Part shown: one piece after another, positions 14,697-26,900 of the stretch
Position numbering within the stretch: the first letter of the stretch is position 1
Layout of the letters: the number at the start of each line of letters is the position of its first letter
DNA from: Hormiphora californensis
Lineage: Eukaryota > Animalia > Ctenophora
NCBI GenBank assembly: GCA_020137815.1
Contig: CM035352.1
Location: 1,488,001-1,552,000, forward strand
Direction: 5' to 3'
DNA: 64,000 nucleotides
Made by a program: the position numbers and the translations under genes
Notes under the pieces: generated by a model
What the model saw: the letters and a program-made list of their open reading frames with translations, nothing else
What the model was told of the DNA's origin: nothing
The model's database searches: none

Positions 14697-15609
14697 TCTC
14701 TCTCTCTCTCTTTATCTCTCCAAATGCGGGGCTGCAACTAAACGGTTGCTCGTGATTGTTTATCTTTCTGCCGATTTAGTAGACATCGTCCGTTACTCGG
14801 GTGAATACAGTTTTCAAACAGGAGAGAAATGAGAATGATAGACAGAGAGAGAGAGAGAGAGATAGAGAGCGGAGTCATATTTGCTCATAGTCATCGATAA
14901 CGATGGCGATTGAAAACCGATTTCATTGCTTACTCTTAGTGCTTACCGGTCATATTTTTTCTTGATCATCCCTGATGCTATAATAGTACCAGAGGCTGTA
15001 TTTCTTCTTCTAATACCATCACAATCTGTGTTCTACCACATTTAGTACTTACCGCAGAGAGTTGTGTTGAGTAATACACCGATACGAAGAGAGAGTATCG
15101 TGCTTTACGAGCTTTACTGAGTCATGTGTATACCAATTACTGTCCGTAATGAGACCTCCACTGTTGTGTTTATTAGTCATGCCACTCCCTCTTTACCCAA
15201 ATCGTATTTTCTTGATAGATTATCCCCAGTTCGATCTGTTATGTTCACGGAAAGAGGGTCGAGCAAGGCAAAGTTCGATCTTGTGCTGTATGGCAGTGCG
15301 CTCAGATGGGGTCGCGGCGCCAGACAGATCTTGTGTCGTATTTTCCCTCTGAAATGCAGTTACAAATAATTTACCAAACTTATCGAATTAGATATTTTGA
15401 ACATAGCAAGCCCTTCTTTAATCCCTATTGTACATTCTCTACATTTTCAGGAATTTATATTCCCCTAATCTGTCTCAACTTGGAACAGATTGAGATTGTA
15501 GAATTGATCCACTTTTCTGACACTCACCATTTTATTTTTAATTTGGCATTTATCGTTTATTATCTTTCATGATTGTCCCATGTCACTCTCAAGTCTCACT
15601 TCTCTCTCT

Positions 15610-15670
<61 letters not shown>

Positions 15671-17191
15671 CCCTCCCTCTCTCTCTCTCTCTCTCTCTAT
15701 CTCTGACGGTGGCCTATAAGTGGCTGGTATTGATCCCTTTCCATGTAGGACCCAAAGGATATAATTCTACTCAATGCCCACAGCTTAGGCATCGTTCCTT
15801 TGCTTTTAGTGGTGTGATTTGTTACACTAGTTGTAGTGGTATAGGGAGAGAGAGAGTGAGAGAGTGAGAGAGGGAGAGAGGGAGAGAAAGAGTGAGAGAG
15901 GGAGAGAAAGAGTGAGAGAGGCAAAGTGAGTGATAGAGAGAATTTTGAAGCTTTGCTTGCCTAGATTACACACACTACACAACGTCCTATCCCTACGTCA
16001 ACAATCCTCATCTTCCTCAGGCGCTCTCTTTTTCTCACCTTCTTTTCTCTTAGCCCCTCTCTTTTTCTCACCTTCTTTTCTCTTAGCCCCTCTCTTTTTC
16101 TCACCTTCTTTTCTCTTAGCCCCTCTCTTTAATTTCTCACCTAATTCTTTGACCTTTGTCGTATTTGTTGTTGTGCGATGATGCTAAACTTTAGACTAGC
16201 TAACCAACTAGTACAGTTGGTTTGCCCGACTTTTAAATCACTGACAGTGACACTGTGCTCAGCAAAGCTTGCTAATTTGTTAGACTGTCTTTAATCTGTC
16301 GCTAGAAATTTCGTAATAAATAGCTATAGTATGCTTTAGTACTTGAAATACTTTATATTTTTACTGTTTTAGCATATCCTGTACCAACGTTTCCGTTTTA
16401 TTTAAACCCACCACCATGAAACCTATTCTAGCAACTGTAAAATGGCATGGCCGGATGTGATTAGTATCCTGTTATGTTGCGCTCAGAGTCTTGAGAAAAC
16501 GGAAGTGGAGCTGAAAAACACGGCTGATAGGAACCTGGGAACTTATGTGAAGTTGTCACATGATCTGTCCAACGACGAATATTCTGACAATCCTGCCGCG
16601 TAGATGATGAAACATTGCTCATATAATACTTTGAAAAAGAGAGTTAAAAACTGGAGAGTTAAAAACTGGGATGAAGTTCAGAATTGGGATTTTAAAGATC
16701 CTTTTATTTGCTGTTGAGTTTCCCCTCAACAATTTATTTGGGTGTTGAACGCCATATTACAAGCAGAGAGATGTATGTCCCAGCTACTGCAATTCAGAAA
16801 CTGTTTTTCTGTTTCCCACTGTGTCTGCGGCGTGTGTGCCTTGATTGAACCCCAGCAGCAGAAGACACGTGACCCGGGGACATTATTTGTTTTGAACAAA
16901 AAAACTATTTGATAACTTACACAACTTCACATTTCGATAAATATATGATAATCTTCTCGTCAAATATACAAATAATGGAACAAATAGCATCAATAAACGT
17001 CATTCACTCTCAAACTCCTCCAATACAATCAATATTCATGCTCTTATCATCTTTCTCCTTTTCTTGTTCAGCCTAAAATTCTATACGCATAATAGAGTGT
17101 CGGCTCAAGCAATCCCTCTTGCCAACTATCACGTATTTCCAAGAAATATTTCTCCCCCACTCTCTTTCCAAGGCATATTCTTCTTTGTCTC

Positions 17192-18371
17192 CTAGTGGTG
17201 ATGGCCAGGACTGAAGAAGCTGTGTCCTATAAGTAGGAGGGCAACGTTCAGCAGGAGCAAGTACCAAACTAGATCATTAATTCCTAGGATCACCCTCTTG
17301 TCCGTGAATGTCCTGTGGGAAGATTGGACATTGGTTGATTAATTAGTCAGTCAATAATTAGTTAATTAGTCAATAAACTGTGTGGTAGAATTAAGTTAAC
17401 TTTGGTTGCCGGTATTCCACTGTCAGGCCAATGTTCTGACCACAGTTCTCGCGCTCCTTATTTGAGAGAAATGAGAATAGGGCAAGGCCAATGCTCTGAC
17501 AGGTAGTCGAAGCCTTGAACTTCAGAGTGAGCCATTGATTGCTGGCTACAGTTGGTGACTCTGACTATTTGGTACCTGTTAAAGTAGAAGGAGACAAAGG
17601 AGGATACGAGGAAGGCTGATCCTATCAGTTCCATCCAGTGGTGTGCTTTCATACCTGCAGGAGGAGGCACACAATTGAAATGGGGTAAATTAAATGGGGA
17701 TGGAGAAAATACTGAATGGTAAATATTGAATGGTAATAGACACTTTAAAGATACTGAATAGCGACGTCTGGTATTTCTCTCAAATCACTTCGCTCAACAA
17801 CACTTACCTGTATAAAAGATGACCACTGCACTCGCCGCCCAGAGAACCTTGGTCAGCACATCCTCCAGCCCGGGTCCAAAGAGGGCCCGTGCCACTACAA
17901 AGGTGCCAAGAAGGACCACATGGGGCCTCAGACCGGCCATATCGGGCAGCTCCAACATGCCATGTATCTCAAGGGCAGAGAGAGCCAGGGACATGAGCCC
18001 AACCGCGTGGCCGAGAGAGCTGAGTTCACGGTATATCATTTGGACGAGGGTGGCTGGGTAGGTGTAGCGGAGGAGGCCCGTGGTGCCAAGGCAGAAGAAC
18101 AAGGTGTAGGTTAGGAACGCAGCACACTCTGGGTAGAAATAATATAGTTATTAGCTGTCAGAGCATTGGCCTGACCCATTCTCGTTTCTCTCAAATAAGA
18201 GCGCGAGAACTGTGGTCAGAGCATTGGCCTGACAGGTTATTAGGGCAACCACTTTGACTTACTGGTGTTTGCGAGGCCTGTCTGGATTAGAAGGGATAGC
18301 ACGTAGCCGGAAGTAAGGCACACCGTCCCATGGCCCACCAGTATCAGAACTTTTCCTGTCACTCCCTTCAT
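17192..18371 (-). CDS. Multi-pass membrane protein, TMEM276/DUF6962-like (tentative family)
   Basis: Four phase-consistent exons: 18371-18263 (MKGVTGKVLILVGHGTVCLTSGYVLSLL..), 18128-17808 (..FFCLGTTGLLRYTYP..LSSLGHAVGLMSLAL..), 17654-17576 and 17312-17192 (..LGINDLVWYLLLLNVALLLIGHSFF..*). Several hydrophobic segments. Family assignment is by recalled motif pattern only. Confidence 0.7.
18155..18236 (+). mobile_element. ~80-bp dispersed mini-element (CTGTCA...TGACAG ends)
   Basis: Related copies at about 17420-17502 (inverted), 57265-57326 and 13728-13792. Truncated copies at about 11466-11490 and 19605-19628. Confidence 0.75.
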
Positions 18372-18511
18372 AACTTGTTGTCTTCCTCCTTACTCAACAA
18401 TTCATAACAGCTGGGAATCAATGGGTCAGAATTTTGGCAGCTCGCCAGGGGATAGCGCGACGTGCCCAAGTCAGAACTGGGAGGTGCAAAAGAAATTAGT
18501 ATGTGAGCTTT

Positions 18512-18693
18512 ACAGTGCTGCTTGCAGTCAAAATACGGTAACGCAAAATACAGTAAGGAGACGCGCACGGTGCATAACGCGCGGCAAAAAGTTCATATGT
18601 CAGCACGTACTAGCGCCCTGATTGGTCACGGTTGCGCGTCGTCTTACTGTATCTTCGTTTTCCATTACCGTTTTCCCACTGCAAGCGACCGTG
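18512..18693. mobile_element. ~180-bp MITE-like element, copy 1
   Basis: Imperfect TIRs CAGTGCTGCTTGCAGT / ACTGCAAGCGACCGTG. Near-identical copy at about 19781-19961. Confidence 0.75.
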
Positions 18694-19115
18694 ATACAAC
18701 CTCGGAGCATGTACCTGGGCATTGGCCTGGCAGCGTATACCTATAACAAGGTGAACACCAAATGATAATACACAACGAGCTGCTAACTAACACCTGCTTC
18801 AAATTATGTACACAGCAAGCTCGGCAGAGTGGCCTACTTCTAGTGTACAGCCTGCACCCGAGTCCCGACCCTTCAAAGAGGTGTGAGCTACATAACAGTC
18901 AACACTGCACCCGACCCTCCATTCTGAGAAAGAATCAAAGAAAAAAGGATAAATAAGCTATTTATGTATTAAATTAAAAGTAGAATCTATATTAGGAGTG
19001 CAAACCGCTCAACAAGCTGTAGATGTAAAGACAGTACAAGCAGTATAGTATGATTATACACAACGGATCAGCTAAGAGAGCTCAGCCGAATGTATTTCGG
19101 CGAGAGAGAGAGAGT

Positions 19116-19155
<40 letters not shown>

Positions 19156-19269
19156 AAGAGAGAGAAAGAGAGAGGGAGTGAAAGTCAAAAATAGGAAGAG
19201 AGTGCAGTACGTGCTGCGTATGGTATTATACAAGGAAGAGAGCGAGTCGAGAGCTATCTTTCTAACTTC

Positions 19270-19407
<138 letters not shown>

Positions 19408-19780
19408 GGTCACTAATCATCATAATGATGTCCGAGACAGAGAGAGCGGGATAGGACTAGGAGAGATAGAAGAATCACAGGCTAAATTGCCCATCGTAAC
19501 TACTGAACATTACATGTAAATACTATCGGGTAAAATGTGCACATTCTACCCGATAGTATTTAGTTAAACGTAATGATATGGCCATGGGCAACCTTCCTCA
19601 TCAACCTGTCATAGCATTAGCCTGACAGTCTGACAGTGTCAGTGACAGAAGCTGGAAGCAGACAGTGTTTGCCAAACACACATGGGATATGTTGTTCTCA
19701 CCCCCACTCAACAAGGAGTCAGGAGTGTGTGCTGCTGCAATAAGTTCCCAGTCTGTCGGCTCCCCTTGGGGCTCGCGTAA

Positions 19781-19961
19781 CAGTGCTGCTTGCAGTCAAA
19801 ATACGGTAACAAAAAATACAGTAAGGAGCCGCGCACGGTGCATAACGCGCGGCAAAAAGTTCATGTGTCAGCACGTACTAGCGCCCTGATTGGTCACGGT
19901 TGCGCGTCGTCTTACTGTATCTTCGTATTCCATTACCGTTTTTCCACTACAAGCGACCGTG
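19781..19961. mobile_element. ~180-bp MITE-like element, copy 2
   Basis: Near-identical to 18512-18693. Confidence 0.75.
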
Positions 19962-20063
19962 TAAGCTCACACCGGGATCCTTTCTCCAGTAGGAATCTCC
20001 GCTGTCAATGCTCTGACATGGCTCCAAATGGAATCTCGAACATGATAGTCTCCATGACAATAA

Positions 20064-20280
20064 CGGTAAGCGGACTCTAGTGCTAAAATCATCAAAAGCG
20101 AACTCGAGATTTCGGCCGTTAGGCCAGAAACGAGAGTTTGCTGTGCCTCTATACTTGTTTAGAAGTGTTAGGGCTGTTATTTGGGTTCGAGGTGAGGGGT
20201 TAGTGTAAAGGTTAGGGTTAGATATAGAGTCCTCCTTGGGTTTAGATATAGAGTCCGTTAGCACTAGAATCCGCCCACCG
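20064..20280. mobile_element. ~217-bp inverted-repeat element with a hairpin and a degenerate (TTAGGG)n core
   Basis: Inverted repeats GCGGACTCTAGTGCTAA (20070) / TTAGCACTAGAATCCGC (20258). Internal hairpin GAACTCGAGATTTCGGCC-GTTA-GGCCAGAAACGAGAGTTT, followed by TTAGGG-like repeats. Confidence 0.65.
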
Positions 20281-20937
20281 ACAACAACACCCCCTCCATC
20301 TGTATGGCGGCGCCATGCCCCATTCTCAATGCGCTCAGATGGGGTCGCGGCGCCAGACAGCTCTCCATTGTTGATACATGCCAGATCAAAACCATTTTTC
20401 TTTCACATTTCAGTGGTGCTCCTTTGGCACAGGGCCGCCCACGACAATTGTTACCCCTTTTCACCCCTTGGCCCTTACTCAACAACCCACGACGTCAAAA
20501 TCAATCAATCATCAATGTAAGTAGGCAACACTTTATGCGGGTGGCCAATATGACGGAGCACCACTGTTTTACTGTCAAATGAAAAGACTTGGAATTCAAA
20601 CATTGAATTTGAAAAAGCTGAAACAAATTTATACAAATGAGGGTAAAAATTGGATTAAAAATTAATTGAAATCGCTCACACGTGTCCGAACCCTTGAAAA
20701 ACAACCTTCGCCACACTCACACACTCTCACACACACACCCACACTCTCACACACAAACATCTTGCGATTATGCATCGCTAGTCATCATCACTAGGTTTAA
20801 TAATTTAGCTACTTGTTTGTCCCATTACAGATTCTCTCTGACACTACTGGCACTAAATCTCAAACATCCCCTGTCACAGTCAGCAATTTACCAATCATGA
20901 TGAACAGATCAGCAATACAACATGTCAAAAGAACAGA

Positions 20938-23900
20938 TCAGCAGTTTTGGGGTTGAATATTGGGAAGAGAAGAAATCAGCTCCAACAATCGATCATCCCC
21001 AAGTGCCCCGGCTGCTGCCGCAGATCCAGTGCTCTCTAACAACCTCTCAATCAACTGATTTAATGCTGCCGTATTATCAGGAGCAGTAGTACCCGGACTA
21101 GGAATCAATGCTGTACCACCGCCATTTGGGACAACAGGAGAAGTTGTAGTTGTAGTAGGTTTAGATCCCTTGTTGTCAATCTGAGCGGTATTTCTACTTC
21201 TCCTCCTTCGTTTAACTGTGGGTGCTGGTGGAGGTGGTGGTGGATGGTGCTCGACAGTGGAGCTCTGTTGTGTTATCACGGGGGTGGTGGTGGTGGCAAT
21301 TGGTCCCTTGTTGTAGTTAGTGGTTGCTATAGCAACAGTTGCTGGGCCTGGTACACCACCTGCACCACCAAGGGTCGGGAGATCGGCTGCAAAGACGGGT
21401 TTAGAGAGACTCCCCCCAGCACCGTGAACCTCGTGTTCGCTTGCCTCCTCCAGACGGTATAGACCGTTACCAATGGGCACCGCTTTGAGCAGTTTAGTGT
21501 TCTCAAAGTTGGTCGCAGTCACAGACGGTACGGGAACTGAGGGGAGATGGGTGTTAGAATCGAGGTTAGCAACTCTCACAAGATAGTGGGAGGGAACTGG
21601 GTGTTAGAATATATGTTGTAGAGAGGGTAAAAACTCTCACCAGGGAGAGTGGGGGGGAACATTTTCAGAAGAACAAAAAGAGTTGACCTATAAAATACGC
21701 CATAATAATATAATATAACTACAAATTAGAAAGTGGGGCACCGTGAGAGATTCTAGAGAACTCTCGAGAGTGGTTGGACAGATGGGGAGGGAGGTATTTA
21801 ATAGTAGTTACCGGATGATACCACGTGATACCCATATATGGTGTTGTGTGTCACGTGACTACACCACGTGACTACACCACGCGATCTCAGTGTGACAAGC
21901 AAGTGGGAGGGGTGCACTGCACATTATAAAGCATGATGCTTATTCCTTTTTTGGAAGGGTGGTGGAGAAGGGCAAATCATACATCTTTTAGAAAAGCCGG
22001 CCGTAGTTGATGGCATTTCTAGCTCGAACACATTCTAAGTGGATGACGCGGGGTATAATTGTGGTAGCTAATTGTTCACAATGTGAACTGAAGAACTAGA
22101 TTCATATTCATTATTCAGATTCAGATTCAAATTAAATCGGTGTTTACCTAGATTAATGGTGTTAGAGGGTGCGGGAGTGGTGACAACAGGCCTCCCATCC
22201 GACATGATCGGGGCGGGGGAGATGGGGGTCAGTCCAGCCTGGATACACGTTGTTACGGAGGTAGGAGGGATAGGAGGTGGAGGTGGAGGAATATTGATGG
22301 GCTTAGTAACACGGGATCTCCTACCACCCCGTCCACTTTTCTTGGGTGTTGGACCTGTCGGACCCATTGTAGAGGATAGGCCACCTGTTGGAGGAATATT
22401 GGATTAGATTGAGAGAGATGACATGGAAATAAACAGAGATTATTAGTTTATCTAAACCTGGAGAATGCGTTAACTAAATAAATTACTTCATCAACTGTAA
22501 ATTAACAGATATCTGTAACCATGGTTACCATGTAATTACCTGGTTACCATGGTTACAATGTGTAATTACCTGTTCCTATTATAGTGTCCTTGTTTGCAGG
22601 TAGATCACAATCTTTAAAGTTGACTGGAATGAACTTGTAAGGTTTCTTGCTGCCCCGATAGCAATACTTCCTTTTCGCCCTAATCGTACCCTGATCCCCA
22701 TTAGTAGCAGCAGTAGTAGTTGGTGTGGATGATGGTGCTGGTGTAGTAGTGGGGTGGAGCGGGGGCTGCCTTCCTTGGTTTAGGACCAGGTTTCCTTCGC
22801 TCGTGTAGTGGACACCGCAACATACTTTTACACGTGCACCGTGTCGTCATTTCCTCGGTGGTACCTCCCTTATTTGAGGAGGGTAGGGGCCCTTTCTCCT
22901 TCAGCAGTTCCAGTAGACCCTCCAAACTGGATCAGATCTGAGAGGTAGTTGAACTCACTTCGCGGTGGCAGTTGGGGTGGTGGTTCAGCAGCAGCAGCCC
23001 CAGGTAGTTCAGGTGTCTTGTTCAGTGGTGGAGGTGATGACGTCAGAGGTATTGGTGACGTCATAATACCACATGACGTCACTAACACTGTTACTGGTTA
23101 CATGGTGAGGGATGGCTGTAGCTGCGCTAACCGAGGTTATCACCGGTCTACTGCTAGTGGTGGTGGACGTTGTGATCATCTGCTGAGAGGAGGATGGAGG
23201 GAGCTGATCGGTGAACATGTCAGGAATGTTTATTACGGGCCGTAACTCAGGGTTAACAGTGGGTTTCCGAACTTGTTCCGTGTAACTGATTGTCACATTG
23301 GGAGGTGGCAACCGTTCCCCAATTGGTGGTGGAGCCGCAGCTGCTAAAGAGACAGCTAATTGGGGAGCAGCAGAAGAGATAGCTAATTGGGGAGATGATT
23401 TGGCTTGAAATGTTGGAGGAGAGCTGGAGATAAGGGATGGGGAGGAGGGTGTTTGTAGCTCTTGTTGAAGGTACTGATCCCGTAACAGCTGGTTACATAG
23501 GAGCTGATAGGAGGAGTTGGAGTTCCGTGAGAGATCGTTTAGTATCTCCAGAATCTGCTCCAACGTTGCATCTTTCTCTGCCGGTGATGGTGATGTGGGT
23601 GATAGCTTGATCAGGTTGTCGTCAGGTGAAGGAGAAACGGGAGGAGTTTGTTTCGGAGATAATGGAGCTGTACCGATTGTTGGAGCAGGGGTGGGGGTTG
23701 TGACATCGATTGTGGGTGTTGGTGCAGTGATTGTTGGAGCAGGGGTGGGGGTTGTGACATCGATTGTGGGTGTTGGTTCAGTGATTGTGGGAGCAGGGGT
23801 GGGGGTTGTGACATCGATTGTGGGTGTTGGTACATTGATTGTGGGAGCAGGGGTGGGGGTTGTGACATCGATTGTGGATGTTGGTACAGTGATTGTGGGA

Positions 23901-26900
23901 GCAGGAGTGGGGGTTGTGACATCGATTGTGGCTGTTGGTACAGTGATTGTGGGAGCAGGGGTGGGGGTTGTGACATCGATTGTTGGGGCAGGTATGGGTG
24001 TCACTGTATCGATCGTTGGGGCAGGGGTGGGTGATGTCACTGCATCGATTGTTGGGGCAGGGAGGGGTGTCACTCCATCGATTCCTTTCTCTAATGGTGT
24101 TTCCTCTTCCTTTGGCGGGGTCTGATCAGGTGCTGTGATATTTGTTGAAGGCTGTTCAGTTGTGGTACTGAGCATCTGCTCAGGAGGGGTAGATTCTATG
24201 CTTGACTGATCGGGGGCCCCTTTCCCGGTACACCCGGATTTCCGTTTCCGTTTCCGTAGTTGTTGGATAACCTGGGATCGGGCTCGGTAGAGAGATCTCC
24301 GGAGCAGTTCTGCACTGGCATTATTCCCGTGCGATCGAATCTGCGGAGAGAGAGAAGTGTCAGAGGGGGAATCGCTAGTCTATATTTATCTCCCTTAGAT
24401 CATGCATTTTGGCAAACAATTCTCTCCTAGAATGAACGCCAATAACACTCAAGTCATCGCACGGAGCTGTAGACATTATCCTCTCCGTCTATTTTCAGTG
24501 TCCACCCTCTCTAACTTCCCTCTATCTATCTCTTGATGCATCGACATGCTGTCTCTTCCCGGCCGTGTGCTATGTGTTAATGCTCTTGTTTTGTAAGCCA
24601 GAGCAGGTGAATAAACGCCCGGCCGCTATAAAAAATGAAGTACGTTCTAGCCGCTAAAGTTTGTGTTACATCTTTGCTTAAATCTAAAGTAGATATAAAC
24701 CCCTCCCTTGGGCAGGATTTTAAACCAAACTTCTTTAGTATGTTGTTTCTTGTGATATTTGGTTCAATTGTTAACTTAGCGACCGGAACATTAATCGGTA
24801 AGTAAGCTAGGTAAACGCTGAACGACACAATTTGAACGATATATTTATTCCTAGGTCCAAAGTTGATATTGGGTCCCGGTCAGATATCACCTATAACAGT
24901 GTCAAATGTCTCTAAGATAGCGGATTCTGAGGAGAAGCCTGTTGCACTGTTCATTGATCAGGATCTCTCGACATTTAGCACGGTCAAACCTGTATCCGAT
25001 ACATCTACATGGGTACACATGGACCTAGGCGGTCTATATTACATCCACAAAGTCACTATTTACTTGCTGTTTTACACCGACTGGTGGCCCGATCAGGATA
25101 AGTCATGGTGCCAGAAATCCAAATCCAACTGGATAGAATGTAGTTCAAGTACAAACCCCCTGTTGTCTGTGTTTGCTAACGGAACCAGTCGAAAGTTGTG
25201 TGGGACCATCCAGAAATCCAAGGGTCGCACCCAGAAAGATCAAATTTACACCTTGTTGTGTCGCATTGAAGGGGATGCAGTGAGGATGCACAAATCAGAC
25301 CGTGACGGTGGAATAACTTTTGCTGATATTATAGTGGATACAAAAAATGGCAAGTTTAAAATACACACCGACAGACGACAATACACCGACAACATTATCA
25401 CATCATCACATCATATCATATCATATCGCGAGCCTACAAAGTTAAACTGAACCAAGATATCCTAACCAAATTAGGATGGAGCATGAATAAGAGATGGTAG
25501 TGAGTTGGTATAGGAGCATTTAGAAAATCAGGAGAATGTTAGTGCCTACTCTCCGCCTGGGTAGGACGAACTTCGAAACTTAATTTTAGGGTACATCAAT
25601 TAATGGTAGGTCAAATTGGGTGGGCAGAGGGTGGGTTAATTTGTGAACACTTTCAGATATATACTTCATGACTGTATCTTCAAACACGCATCAAAACAGT
25701 TGGTAACGAAATAACCTCTACCTCCCTTGCCAGCGCCTCAGTTCGGAGAATCTTTTGTGAGACAAGCTTGTTTTTGAGAACAGATCAATTTTGAAACCAA
25801 AAACAAAATAGTGAAGGCTATAATAACCTCCTTATTTTTCAGGTACCTAGGCCGAGTAACAAGCAACCCTTATATCGTTGAGTCAGCTGGTCTAAACTGA
25901 ACCCCCCCCCCCCTGACCGCAACAATTGAAGCTCTGTGTCTCGCGACCCACTCTCGGCTTGATAACAGTAAGTATATACGGTGTACAAGCACTGGAACCA
26001 CCCCCCTGACAATCGCCTACCTCCCGACACAGCTCCACGGGCATGTCAATTTCAGAACCAAACAAAATCTTTTTGGGAAGGCTACAACCCCTTATTTTTT
26101 CCCTGCCCGGGTGAATGCCCGAAGGGCATTCACCCGGGATGATGTTTTTAGCACGCACGTGCTAAAAAGATCATTCAGGGTTTAGAAATCAGCAGATTGT
26201 GTAGTTAACTAAATGTCCGTCCGTCCGTCCGTCTGTCCACCGTTACGCATAGTAACAAAGTCTGCTCCTTCATAAAACTTTCAACTCACACTTTGATGAT
26301 GCAACAAAGGAAATGATCAACATGCATTGTGGCGCACAATTATTCACTCGTATCACTTCCTACTTTCACATCAAATCACTTTGGGTACCCTACAGCCGTA
26401 CCATGACATGGTAGCAAGTCTTCCAATCATGAAACTACTATCACACAATAATTGTAAGTGACTGAAGTTAAGATGAGCGAGGGTAAAGTTAAAGCACTTG
26501 GTAACCAACCAGGGTCTCCTAAGCAACTGCCTTGGTTATCATAGCAACTGTCTTGGTAACCATAGCAACTGCTTTGATTACCATAGCAACAACCCTGGAT
26601 ACCATAGCAACCAACATCGTATAAGCCGAGTGCAAAATTCATCAGGAAATCCGGTTTTGAAGCTTAGTTATCAATTTTACACCCATTTGTGGCAGGGAAA
26701 CACCGCATTATGAATACATAATGCAATAATTCTTGTTCAGGTACCCAAACCGGAGCCATAACCCCATTCGTCGCGCTGAGTCCTGATCTACAATGGAACC
26801 CCCCCCCCCCCCCAGACCGGAAAAATTGCTGCTTACCTTCCGAATGAGTTCCACAGGCAACTGCTGATGTCTGACCACAGGGACTGCTGGAAAAAAAATT

